Below the pieces are notes generated by a model. It ran no database searches. It was not told where the DNA came from and saw only the letters and a list, made by a program, of their open reading frames with translations. A program made the position numbers and the translations under genes. A DNA stretch of 43,958 bases, taken from positions 1 through 43,958 of the forward strand of contig JALOQD010000029.1 of assembly GCA_025453525.1 (NCBI GenBank), in the 5' to 3' direction. Positions 17,440 through 25,727 of the stretch are shown here, piece after piece (the stretch's first letter is position 1; each line of letters opens with the position of its first letter). Source of the DNA: Myxococcota bacterium. Lineage in GTDB: Bacteria > Myxococcota_A > Polyangia > JAAYKL01.

Positions 17440-17838
17440 ATGAATTCGCGTCGAACGTTTTTTAAGATGCTCGCAGGAGCCCTGGGCGCTGGCATGCTCC
17501 TCCTTTCGGGCAAAAGGGCCACGGCCAAGAACCTCGGCATCAAGCTCGAAAAGGTGCCAGCCCTGCAAAAAGTCGGCGGTTCGGCCAAGCTCAAGCTCGA
17601 GGGCCAGGAGATCCTCTTTATTCGGGACAGCGACACCTCGGTACGCGCGCTCAGCGCGCTCTGCACCCATCAGGAATGCCCTGTGACCTACGATTCAAAA
17701 AAAGGGAAAATCGAGTGCTCGTGCCACGGATCCTTTTTTGACCTCAACGGCAACGCGACCAAAGGCCCGGCGAAGAAGCCCCTTCGAGCCTATCCCGCGA
17801 CCCTCAAGGACGGCTCCATCGTCGTGACGGTGGACTGA
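17440..17838 (+). CDS. Tat-exported Rieske [2Fe-2S] domain protein
   Basis: AAGGAGAG RBS. Twin-arginine signal MNSRRTFFKMLAGALGAG. Rieske motifs are CTHQEC (CxH) and CSCHGSFF (CxxH). Confidence 0.85.
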   Translation: MNSRRTFFKMLAGALGAGMLLLSGKRATAKNLGIKLEKVPALQKVGGSAKLKLEGQEILFIRDSDTSVRALSALCTHQECPVTYDSKKGKIECSCHGSFFDLNGNATKGPAKKPLRAYPATLKDGSIVVTVD

Positions 17839-17840
17839 AG

Positions 17841-18488
17841 ATGAGACCTCCCGCGCCCCCGTGGTTTGCGCTCACCCTCGTCCTCTGCCTTGTGGTGAGC
17901 TCGGATTGGGCGACAAGCGAGACAGCCCCGCCGACAGCGGAAAGCGATGCCAAGGTCGAACCCGTCGAAGAAGTCGAAGCCGTCGAAATGGTGGATGCGA
18001 TCGAAACCACAGATGGATCAGCTCGCAGCGTTTCCCTGGCGCAGCAGATCATCGGAAGAAACCACCCCGCGCTCGTCCATGTGCCCATTGGCTTCATTCT
18101 AGCCGTGTGTCTTCTCGAGTTCCTTGCCCTGTGCTTTCCCAAAATCGAGCTCGGCCAGGCCACGTTCATCCTCTGCCTCGCGACTGTCGCGAGCTTCATC
18201 CCCGCCAGTCTCACAGGCTGGCTCCGGGCAGGCGAGCTGTTTGCCAGTCGGCAGGCTCCTGACCTCTTGTTCGAGCACCGCAACCTCATCATCGCGGCCT
18301 GCGCCATCTTCACTGTGTCGGTTCTTCTGCGGGTCTTTCGAAAGGACAAGCTCCAAGGCATGGCGAAAACCGTCTATCTAGGGTTGCTCCTCCTCTCCAT
18401 GGTGCTCATCGGTCTGGGAGGGCATCACGGCGGACAGCTCGTCTACGGCGAAAAGGCTCTAGTTGAGCAGGGCGCCACAAAAAAGTGA
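17841..18488 (+). CDS. DUF2231-like integral membrane protein
   Basis: It starts 2 nt after the Rieske stop. It has a signal/TM segment and several further TM segments, with HPALVHVPIGF and a C-terminal GGHHGGQLVYG resembling the DUF2231 family that I recall often neighbours Rieske proteins. Confidence 0.6.
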   Translation: MRPPAPPWFALTLVLCLVVSSDWATSETAPPTAESDAKVEPVEEVEAVEMVDAIETTDGSARSVSLAQQIIGRNHPALVHVPIGFILAVCLLEFLALCFPKIELGQATFILCLATVASFIPASLTGWLRAGELFASRQAPDLLFEHRNLIIAACAIFTVSVLLRVFRKDKLQGMAKTVYLGLLLLSMVLIGLGGHHGGQLVYGEKALVEQGATKK

Positions 18489-18627
18489 GACCCTTGCCCC
18501 AAAAGGGTGGGCCTATGGCCGCAGCATAGGGTAAAAACGGGTCAGTCCAATTGCCCGGTGTGTCGTTTTGTCCCAGCCGGGACAGGGAAGGTTAGCAGGC
18601 GAAGGTGCCGACAATGAGGAGAAGATC

Positions 18628-19143
18628 ATGATCAGAGAAAACATCCAAAAATCCATCAACGATCAAATCAACCACGAGGCCTTCAGCGCCTACTTGTACT
18701 ATTCCATGTCGGCCTACTTCGAGTCTCAGGGGCTCAAGGGTTTTGCCAACTGGATGAAGGTGCAGGCCATGGAGGAGCTGTTCCACACGAACAAGTTCTT
18801 CGGCTTCATCGCCGAGCGCGGCGGGCGAGTGGAATTGCGGGCGATCGACGCCCCCAAGACCGAGTGGAAAGGGCCTCTCGAGGTTTTCGAGGCAGCCTAC
18901 GAGCACGAAGTGGGCGTCACCCACCGCATTCACAAGCTCGTCGATCTCGCCCTCAAGGAGAGCGACCACGCCACCGCCAATTTCCTACAGTGGTTCGTGG
19001 CCGAGCAAGTCGAGGAGGAATCCTCGGTCGAGGAGATCATCGCCAAGTTGAAGCTCGTGGGCAAGGCCGACGGCGGCCTGTTCTTCCTCGACAACGAGCT
19101 GGCGACTCGCGTCTACACGCCTCCCGCGGCAGCGTCCAAGTGA
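18628..19143 (+). CDS. ftn: non-heme ferritin
   Basis: GAGGAG lies upstream of the ATG at 18628. MIRENIQKSINDQINHEAFSAYLYYSMSAYFESQGLKGFANWMKVQAMEELFH is a classic Ftn ferroxidase-centre pattern, and ~171 aa is the expected length. The track start at 18568 is upstream of the RBS. Confidence 0.85.
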   Translation: MIRENIQKSINDQINHEAFSAYLYYSMSAYFESQGLKGFANWMKVQAMEELFHTNKFFGFIAERGGRVELRAIDAPKTEWKGPLEVFEAAYEHEVGVTHRIHKLVDLALKESDHATANFLQWFVAEQVEEESSVEEIIAKLKLVGKADGGLFFLDNELATRVYTPPAAASK

Positions 19144-19192
19144 GAAGGTCAAAAGGGAGGCTCACAAAAAGTGGTGGCGTGCGCCGCAGCGA

Positions 19193-19271
19193 CGAGGACT
19201 GTTCGAGTCGTCATACCACGGAAGATGGAATGACCATGTTTGAGTTCCGCGAGGAGCGGAGGTGGATGCCA
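19193..19271 (+). repeat. conserved non-coding element, copy 2 (paralogous to 17235-17296)
   Basis: CGAGGACTGTTCGAGTCGT CATACCAC...GGAATGACC ATGTTTGAGTTCCGCGAGG...GTGGATGCCA. It lies ~55-130 nt upstream of the flavodiiron gene. Confidence 0.55.
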
Positions 19272-19324
19272 CCGCTTTTTGAGAAGTTACGACCAAAGCT
19301 TGAACGGGTAACAAGGACGAGGGC

Positions 19325-20539
19325 ATGAGCGTTTTTTCAGCACAGAAGATTACGGAAAACGTCTATTGGGTCGGCGCTATCGATTGGGCTCTGCGGAATT
19401 TTCACGGCTACCAAACCTCGCGAGGCACCACGTACAACGCGTTCCTCGTGCTCGGGGAGAAGCTCACCCTCGTGGATACGGTGAAAGGCGCGTTCTACGA
19501 CGAGATGATGGCGCGGATCGCCTCTGTCGTGGATCCGTCCCGCATCGAGGTGGTGGTCAGCAATCATGCAGAGCTCGATCACTCCGGCAGCCTCCCGCGG
19601 CTGCGAGAGAGCATCAAGCCATTGCAAATCGTGGCCTCTCCCATGGGCGCGGCGGCCCTCGCCGAGCACTTCCATTGGGATGCGAGCGTGACCGAGGTCA
19701 AGACCGGCCAAACCCTGTCCCTGGGCGACAAGAGCCTGCGGTTCGTGGAGACGCGAATGCTCCACTGGCCAGACAGCATGTTCGCGTACCTCGAAGACGA
19801 GAAAGTCTTGTTCACTAACGATGCCTTTGGCATGCACCTGGCCACGAGCGAGCGCTTTACAGACGAGCTCGACCACTCTCTCGTGGAGTGGGAGGCGAAG
19901 AAATACTACGCCAACATCCTCATGCCGCTGTCCTCGATTGTGAAGGTTTTGCTCAAAAAGCTCCCGAGCCTCAATCTCGACTTCGAGGTGCTCGCCCCAG
20001 ACCACGGTCCACTGTGGCGTAAGGAGCCGCACCAAATCATCGAGCTGTATGATCGCTGGGCCACGGCTAAACCCACGCGCAAGGCCGTGGTGGTGTTCGA
20101 TACCATGTGGCAGAGCACCGCGGCCATGGCCCGGTCCATCGGCGACGGGCTGCGCCACGGCGGCGCGAGCGCGATCCTGATGCCCCTCGAAGGTTCCCAT
20201 CGCAGTGACGTGGCCACCGAGGTGCTGGACGCCGGCGCCATCGTCGTGGGTTCTCCGACCATGAACAACCAGCTCTATCCCACCGTGGCGGAGGTGCTCA
20301 CGTATCTCAAGGGCCTGCGGCCCGTAGGCAAGTTGGGCGCGGCTTTTGGCTCCCATGGTTGGAGCGGCGAAGCCACTTCTCGCATCGAGGAGCAGCTCAA
20401 GGAAATGAAGGTGGAGCTCGCGGCCGAGGCGCTCCGCCACAAGTACGTGCCCACGACCGAGGTGCTCGAGCAGTGCTTCGCGATGGGAGCTCGTCTAGCA
20501 GAGAAGCTCGCGCAGCGGGTTGAAAACTCGGGCGAATGA
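19325..20539 (+). CDS. flavodiiron protein (A-type flavoprotein; O2/NO reductase, FprA/ROO-like)
   Basis: The N-terminal metallo-beta-lactamase-like domain has the diiron motif NHAELDHSG (HxExDH). The C-terminal domain is flavodoxin-like (VVVFDTMWQSTAAMA...). 404 aa is the canonical length. Confidence 0.9.
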   Translation: MSVFSAQKITENVYWVGAIDWALRNFHGYQTSRGTTYNAFLVLGEKLTLVDTVKGAFYDEMMARIASVVDPSRIEVVVSNHAELDHSGSLPRLRESIKPLQIVASPMGAAALAEHFHWDASVTEVKTGQTLSLGDKSLRFVETRMLHWPDSMFAYLEDEKVLFTNDAFGMHLATSERFTDELDHSLVEWEAKKYYANILMPLSSIVKVLLKKLPSLNLDFEVLAPDHGPLWRKEPHQIIELYDRWATAKPTRKAVVVFDTMWQSTAAMARSIGDGLRHGGASAILMPLEGSHRSDVATEVLDAGAIVVGSPTMNNQLYPTVAEVLTYLKGLRPVGKLGAAFGSHGWSGEATSRIEEQLKEMKVELAAEALRHKYVPTTEVLEQCFAMGARLAEKLAQRVENSGE

Positions 20540-20569
20540 AAGATCGCCTGCTATAAAAGGACAAGGAAA

Positions 20570-20731
20570 ATGACGAAATACGAATGCAAGGCGTGCGGAT
20601 ACATCTACGACCCAGCCAAGGGCCATACGGCTTCGGGCGTGGCACCGGGAACGAAGTGGGAAGACGTTCCACAGGATTGGGTTTGCCCTCTGTGTGGAGT
20701 CGGCAAGGAGTTGTTCGAGCCCGTGGACTAA
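20570..20731 (+). CDS. rubredoxin (53 aa; below the ORF-track size cutoff)
   Basis: My own translation is [53 protein letters not shown]. It has two CxxCG knuckles (CKACG, CPLCG). AAAGGACAAGGAAA precedes the ATG. Confidence 0.9.
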   Translation: MTKYECKACGYIYDPAKGHTASGVAPGTKWEDVPQDWVCPLCGVGKELFEPVD

Positions 20732-20776
20732 AGGTGCTGCATTTTTTTTGCGAAGAGTCGCGTAAAGGAGGGACCG

Positions 20777-21238
20777 ATGCCCCAAAAAGTCACCACCGAT
20801 GAGATTCTGAATTTCGCCATCAACGAAGAACACCAAGCAGCCGAGTTCTATACGCGCCTGGCGAGCAGAGCCAAGCACACTGGCATGCGGGACACCTTCC
20901 TGCAGTTCGCCGACGAGGAACGGGGCCACAAAGCCAAGCTCGTGGACATCTTGGCGGGCAAGCGTTTCCTGTCTCCGGCCGACGAGGCCAAGGTCCTCGA
21001 TCTCCAAATCGCCGAGTACACGGTAGACGAGGATCCCAACGCGGACATCGACTATCAAGGCGCTCTGCTCATCGCCATGAAGAAAGAGAAGGCCGCGTTC
21101 CGCCTGTACACCGACATGGCATCCCTGACCCAAGATCCGTCCATCCGGTCAGTGCTCCTCGGCCTGGCGCAGGAAGAGGCGAAGCACAAGCTGCGTTTCG
21201 AAATCGAGTACGACGAGCGAGTCCTCACCGACAACTGA
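20777..21238 (+). CDS. rubrerythrin/ferritin-like diiron four-helix-bundle protein (no rubredoxin domain)
   Basis: AAAGGAGGG RBS. Two E...ExxH pairs are present (EEHQAAEFY...EERGHKAKL and KKEKAAFRLY...EEAKHKLRFE). Confidence 0.7.
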   Translation: MPQKVTTDEILNFAINEEHQAAEFYTRLASRAKHTGMRDTFLQFADEERGHKAKLVDILAGKRFLSPADEAKVLDLQIAEYTVDEDPNADIDYQGALLIAMKKEKAAFRLYTDMASLTQDPSIRSVLLGLAQEEAKHKLRFEIEYDERVLTDN

Positions 21239-21264
21239 CCCTTATCACCACAAAGGAGAGCTCG

Positions 21265-21780
21265 ATGATCGACCCCGCGATCAAGTTAGTCGCAGAAGGA
21301 ATACTCTCGGCCATGCAGGCCGAAAACGAAGGTCAGCATTTCTATCTGATGGCCGCCCAGACCACCTCGGATCCCAAGGGACGCGAGGTGTTCGAGCGTC
21401 TGGCCAAGGAAGAACAGGACCACCTCGCGTTTTTGCGCGCCCAATACGAAAGCGTGCTGCGCACCGGAAAGCCAGACGTCCACCTCAAGCTCGGTCCTCG
21501 CACGGACCTCCTGGGGCCCAGCCCGATTTTTTCACCTGCTTTGCGCGCTCGGATCAAAGACGCCCACTACGAAATGACCGCGCTGGCCGTCGGCATCCAG
21601 CTGGAGAAATCGGCGCAGGATCACTACGCATCCATGGCGGCCAAGGCCTCGGATCCCACGGTCAAGCAGTTCTTTAGCGAGCTTTCCCAGTGGGAGGCCG
21701 GGCATTATCACGCTCTGCTCGCCCAGCAGGAGGAGCTCAAGGAGGACTACTGGGCAGGCGCCGGCTTTTCCCCGTTTTGA
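21265..21780 (+). CDS. rubrerythrin/ferritin-like diiron protein, second paralogue
   Basis: AAAGGAGAG RBS. Metal-ligand motifs are ENEGQHFY...EEQDHLAFL and EKSAQDHY...WEAGHYHAL. Confidence 0.7.
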   Translation: MIDPAIKLVAEGILSAMQAENEGQHFYLMAAQTTSDPKGREVFERLAKEEQDHLAFLRAQYESVLRTGKPDVHLKLGPRTDLLGPSPIFSPALRARIKDAHYEMTALAVGIQLEKSAQDHYASMAAKASDPTVKQFFSELSQWEAGHYHALLAQQEELKEDYWAGAGFSPF

Positions 21781-21807
21781 AGAACAAAGCCCAAGAGGAA
21801 AACCACG

Positions 21808-23703
21808 ATGAGTAAATTGAGCGACACCCTTCTGTGCAAGGAATCCCAAAGCGCCCTGCTCATGGGCAACTACGCCGTCGCGCGTGGGATGCTCGAGGCA
21901 GGGGTGAGGGTGGCCACGACCTATCCGGGTTCTCCCACCCCCGAGATCGCGGCCGCTCTTTCTTCGGTACCGCCTGAGCAGCGAACCTACTATTTCGAGT
22001 ACTCGACCAATGAAAAAGTGGCGCTCGAGGTGGCGGCAGGCGCGAGCATGAACGGCCACCTGTCCACGGTCTTTTTTAAATCGGTGGGACTCAACGTGGC
22101 CTCGGACGCGCTGATCCAGCTTCCGATGATGGAGCTCATCGGCGGCATGGTGGTCATCCTCGGCGACGACCCGGGCGCCAACTCGTCCCAAAACGAGCAG
22201 GACAATCGGCATTTCTCGCGGATGTCGTATCTGTCCATGCTCGAGCCAGCCTCGCCGCAAGAAGCCTACGAGATGTTCCTCGAGGCGGCCCGGTTGGCCA
22301 AGGCGTTGCGGACAGCGGTGCTCCTGCGGCTCACGACCCACGTGTGCCACGCCAAGGAGCTCGTGCGATTTTCCGCCCTCACGGCGGAGGGGCCAGACTG
22401 GACCCCGCGATTCGATCGCCACAATGGACCGTACGTACCCATCGTCGCCGATGTGCATCCGCTCAAGCTCAAGGCCCTGCGCAAGCTCGCGGCCCTCTCG
22501 GAGGAATCCGAGACGTCGCGGTTCAACGGGCTTCTGCAGCCTTGCGCCAGTGCCGCGAACGACGGCAGCCGATTGGGGCTCATCTCTGCCTCGATCCCGG
22601 CCAACAGCGCGTACGAGTGCGTGCTCGAGACAGGCGCCAAGGTCGACATCCTCAAGCTCGGGTTCACCTATCCGTTGCCGCGCAAGAAGCTCGCGCAGTT
22701 TCTCTCGACTCATGACGAGGTGCTCATCTTCGAAGAGCTCGATCGCGTGATGGAGCTCGAAATCAAAGCGCTGGCCTTTGATGAGGGCCTCTCGTGTCGC
22801 GTGCATACGAGAAGCGCCTTGGAGGAGCTGCAAGGAGAGTACGATCCCAAGCGCGCCTTTTCGCTCTTGTCTCGGATCTGGCCGAAGCAGTTCCCGCCCA
22901 AGCCGGCCGAGCCAATAGCGAGCGAGTGCATTGCGCCGCGGCTTCCCCAAATGTGCCCGGGCTGCGGCCATCGCTCCGCGTTTCATGCGGTCAAGGCCGC
23001 ATTGGAAAAGGCCGATATCACTGTCGCGGATATCGGTTGTCATTCCCTGGGCTACTTGCCGCCCTACAACATGGGCGAAATGCTCTACTGCATGGGCGCC
23101 TCGCCTGGGCTCGCCGCTGGGTTATCGCTTCATCAGAAATCGCGCAAGGTGGTGGCGTTCATCGGCGATTCGACGATGTTCCACGCGGGTCTGCCCGGGC
23201 TGCTCAATGCCGTGCTCTACAACCACGATTTCACGCTCATCTTGCTGGAGAATGGCACCACGGCCATGACCGGTCATCAAGTGCGAGCCGGATCGGGCGA
23301 GATCGGCGAGAAGATCAACATCCCCTCGTTGCTCGAAACACTTGGGGTGAAATTCCTTCGCGACGTCGACGCCTACAATCAGGCAAAGCTCACGGCCACG
23401 GTGAAGGAGGCCATGGCGCACGAGGGCTTCAGCTTGGTCATCGCTCGGCACCCCTGCATGCTCAAGTTCGTGCGCGATCAGCAGAAGAAGAACCCTGGCT
23501 TCAAGATGCAGCCAGTGCGTATCGACCAAGACACCTGCGATCATCGGATGACCTGCGTGGCGGAGTTTGGCTGTCCGTCGTTCGTGCGTCACGACGACGG
23601 TTCGGTCACAGTGCACGAGGAGCTGTGCATCGGCGACGGTTCGTGCCTGCCCACCTGTCCGGTCCAGGCCATCGGCCGCCCCAAAACAGGAGGTGCGAAA
23701 TGA
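21808..23703 (+). CDS. iorA: indolepyruvate:ferredoxin oxidoreductase, alpha subunit
   Basis: 631 aa. The N-terminus LLMGNYAVARGMLEAGVRVATTYPGSPTPEI is typical. The TPP region is GCHSLGY...FIGDSTMFHAG. The C-terminal ferredoxin-like segment has Cys clusters (CVAEFGCPS...CIGDGSCLPTCP). Confidence 0.85.
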   Translation: MSKLSDTLLCKESQSALLMGNYAVARGMLEAGVRVATTYPGSPTPEIAAALSSVPPEQRTYYFEYSTNEKVALEVAAGASMNGHLSTVFFKSVGLNVASDALIQLPMMELIGGMVVILGDDPGANSSQNEQDNRHFSRMSYLSMLEPASPQEAYEMFLEAARLAKALRTAVLLRLTTHVCHAKELVRFSALTAEGPDWTPRFDRHNGPYVPIVADVHPLKLKALRKLAALSEESETSRFNGLLQPCASAANDGSRLGLISASIPANSAYECVLETGAKVDILKLGFTYPLPRKKLAQFLSTHDEVLIFEELDRVMELEIKALAFDEGLSCRVHTRSALEELQGEYDPKRAFSLLSRIWPKQFPPKPAEPIASECIAPRLPQMCPGCGHRSAFHAVKAALEKADITVADIGCHSLGYLPPYNMGEMLYCMGASPGLAAGLSLHQKSRKVVAFIGDSTMFHAGLPGLLNAVLYNHDFTLILLENGTTAMTGHQVRAGSGEIGEKINIPSLLETLGVKFLRDVDAYNQAKLTATVKEAMAHEGFSLVIARHPCMLKFVRDQQKKNPGFKMQPVRIDQDTCDHRMTCVAEFGCPSFVRHDDGSVTVHEELCIGDGSCLPTCPVQAIGRPKTGGAK

Positions 23704-24278
23704 AGCCCATGAACATCTACATTTCAGGGGTGGGCGGCCAGGGCATCGGCCTCTTGTCCGAAGTGCTCATTCTAGCGTGTCAGGCAGCAGGACACACGGT
23801 CCACGGTTGCGACACGCACGGCCTAGCCCAGCGCGGAGGCATCGTCGTCTCTCACCTGCGCCTCGGAGACCACGTGCGCACCCCTCGCGTCTCGCCCGGC
23901 ACGGCGGACCTCGTGGTCAGTCTCGAGCGTCTCGAGGCTTATCGCGCGATGGTGACCATGCTCAAGCCCGGCGCCACGGTGCTCTATTACGACACCGTCT
24001 ACGAGCCCATTCATGTGCGCATGGGGCAGGCCACGTATCCGAACCGCAGCGAGCTCGAACAGGCCGCCGCGGTTCGAAAGGCGAGGCTCGTGCCAGTCAA
24101 GCTGGAGGGAATGGCAGATCCGCGCATGCAAAACGTCGCGCTGCTCGGCCGGCTATCGACGCTCGGCGTCATCGAGGGACTCGAAATGTCCCATGTGGAG
24201 AACGCGCTTCGCGAGGTCGTGCCCCAGCGGGCCATCGAACCCAACCTCGAAATCTTTGCCCGCGCGGCTGTTCTTTAA
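23700..24278 (+). CDS. iorB: indolepyruvate:ferredoxin oxidoreductase, beta subunit
   Basis: The ATG at 23700 overlaps the iorA stop (ATGA). MKPMNIYISGVGGQGIGLLSEVL is the POR-gamma/IorB-type GxGGQG motif. The track shows it only as the tail of the artefactual 22794..24278 ORF. Confidence 0.8.
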   Translation: MKPMNIYISGVGGQGIGLLSEVLILACQAAGHTVHGCDTHGLAQRGGIVVSHLRLGDHVRTPRVSPGTADLVVSLERLEAYRAMVTMLKPGATVLYYDTVYEPIHVRMGQATYPNRSELEQAAAVRKARLVPVKLEGMADPRMQNVALLGRLSTLGVIEGLEMSHVENALREVVPQRAIEPNLEIFARAAVL

Positions 24279-24297
24279 ACAAGAAAAAAAGAAGGAC

Positions 24298-24335
24298 GGG
24301 CCAAGCACACGCGGTTCCTGCCGCCGCGCTTGGCC
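24298..24335. terminator. imperfect long hairpin between convergent iorB and the OCD-family gene (possible bidirectional terminator)
   Basis: GGGCCAAGC...GCGG TTCCTG CCGC...GCTTGGCC, flanked by an A-run upstream and TAATTT downstream. No strong U-tract. Confidence 0.35.
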
Positions 24336-24359
24336 TAATTTCATGGCTCACCAGGTTTG

Positions 24360-25346
24360 TTAGAACGTGAAGTCCGAACCCACGCCCTTGGCCAAGGCTT
24401 GGCTGTACACGCGGGAGGCGACGGAGATGTCTTGAATGGCGAGGCCTACGCTCTTAAAGAGGGTGATTTCGCTGTCATTCGTTCGCCCCGAAATGCGACC
24501 GACAATGACGTCGCCCAAGGAGCCCGGGCACTTGTCCCAGCTCCACTCGCCCAGGTTTGCCGGGATCATGAGATCGCCGGCCTCTGCCTTGCAAGCATCG
24601 ACGAGATCGCAGATGACGCGGGATTTAACCACGGTCTTGCTGTCGAGCTCGCGCATGGCCGGAGCATGGGCGCCAGTGCCGTTGATGTGGGTGCCGGGCC
24701 GCAGCCAATCGCCGTCGATGATCGGGTCCTTGGCGCTGGTGATCAGGGTGAGCACGTCGGCCTGCTCCACGGCCTGCTGTGCGCTCTCGGCCAGGACGAT
24801 CTCGCATTTAACGATATCTTTGAGCGAATCGGCGAACGCGCGACGCTTGTCCATGGGATCGATAGAGAAGAGCACCAATTTCTCGATATCGCGAGCACAA
24901 GAGACCGCCCAGGCATGCGTCCGGGCCATGCCGCCCGTGCCGAACATGGTGTGGACCTTCGCGTCCTTGCGAGCGAGCAGCCGCGTTGCCAGACCAGCCA
25001 CGCCGCCGGTGCGCATGGCAGTGAGATAGCCGCCGTCCATCAGCGCCAAGGGAGCGCCGGTCTTTTCGTCGAGCAAGATGATCGTGCCCATGACCGTGGG
25101 AAGCTGAAACTTGGCCGGGTTGTCTTTGTAGACCGTGACGATCTTGGCGCCCAAAGCCCCCATGCCCTTGAGATAGGCGGGCATGAACAAGGCCACGCCG
25201 CCGTGGTTCGCAGCGGCGATCGGCGTCCGCTGCGGCATCACCGCTTGCTCGCTCGCGAGATCGGCGAACGCCTTCTCCAGGATGTCAATGGTCTCCTTCA
25301 TCGTCAGGACTTGTCTCACGTGTTCCTTGGATAACAGTTTCGTCAA
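24360..25346 (-). CDS. ornithine cyclodeaminase / mu-crystallin family protein
   Basis: The sequence runs LLSKEHVRQVLTMKETIDILEKAF...YLTAMRTGGVAGLATRLLARKDAK...GTGGMARTHAWAV (Rossmann GxGxxA). GGAGG lies 6 nt upstream of a TTG at 25346, giving ~328 aa, which is typical. The track ATG at 25418 lies in the repeat-adjacent region. Confidence 0.8.
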   Translation of the reverse strand: MTKLLSKEHVRQVLTMKETIDILEKAFADLASEQAVMPQRTPIAAANHGGVALFMPAYLKGMGALGAKIVTVYKDNPAKFQLPTVMGTIILLDEKTGAPLALMDGGYLTAMRTGGVAGLATRLLARKDAKVHTMFGTGGMARTHAWAVSCARDIEKLVLFSIDPMDKRRAFADSLKDIVKCEIVLAESAQQAVEQADVLTLITSAKDPIIDGDWLRPGTHINGTGAHAPAMRELDSKTVVKSRVICDLVDACKAEAGDLMIPANLGEWSWDKCPGSLGDVIVGRISGRTNDSEITLFKSVGLAIQDISVASRVYSQALAKGVGSDFTF

Positions 25347-25431
25347 AGGTGGCCTCCGTTTCGCGGGGTGTTTTGCGCAAGCCGAGAGACTACCAGGGGT
25401 GGCAAAGGGGAACAACACCTACTCGTAACGA

Positions 25432-25690
25432 GGGGACGGTGCCCGACATCGACGTAGGGGCGCCCCTTGTTTTCCCCACGCGATGTGGCCGCCGTTTCCC
25501 CACGCCCCCACGGGCAGGCACAAGGCCTGCCCCTACAGATGGGACGATGCCCGACATCGACGTAGGGGCGCCCCTTGTGGGTGCCCTTTCCCCGCGCGAT
25601 GTGGCCGCCGTTTCCCCGCGCGATGTGGCCGCCGTTTCCCCACGGGCAGGCACAAGGCCTGCCCCTACACAGGGGACGATGCCCGTCATT
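25432..25690. repeat. composite palindromic (REP/BIME-like) repeat cluster
   Basis: The order of units is A1(25432-25470), B1(25474-25501), C1(25509-25537), A2(25541-25578), B2(25590-25617), B3(25614-25641), C2(25641-25669), then partial A3(25671-25684). Unit A is GGGACGrTGCCCGACATCGACGTAGGGGCGCCCCTTGT, which contains the palindrome AGGGGCGCCCCT. Unit B is CCCCrCGCGATGTGGCCGCCGTTTCCCC. Unit C is CACGGGCAGGCACAAGGCCTGCCCCTACA, a hairpin GGGCAGGC/GCCTGCCC. Confidence 0.85.
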
Positions 25691-25727
25691 TTCGCGCTTC
25701 CACAAAAACGATGTTAAACTCCCCCCC

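Noticed and set aside
19337-23043. 367-aa (19337..20440) and 503-aa (21532..23043) minus-strand ORFs
   Set aside because: They are antisense to the flavodiiron and iorA genes, both of which have unambiguous family motifs on the plus strand.
22794-24278. 494-aa plus-strand ORF taken as a single gene
   Set aside because: Only the last 579 nt (from ATG 23700, MKPMNIYISGVGGQG) is real coding sequence, namely iorB. The upstream part is an out-of-frame read-through of iorA with R/A/S-rich composition.
24357-25334. 325-aa plus-strand ORF
   Set aside because: It is antisense to the ornithine-cyclodeaminase-family gene, which carries the recognisable motifs.
25474-25641. 24-28 nt direct repeats as a possible CRISPR array
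   Set aside because: There are only three copies. Two of them are contiguous and overlapping with no spacers. They are embedded in a larger composite repeat, and there are no cas genes.
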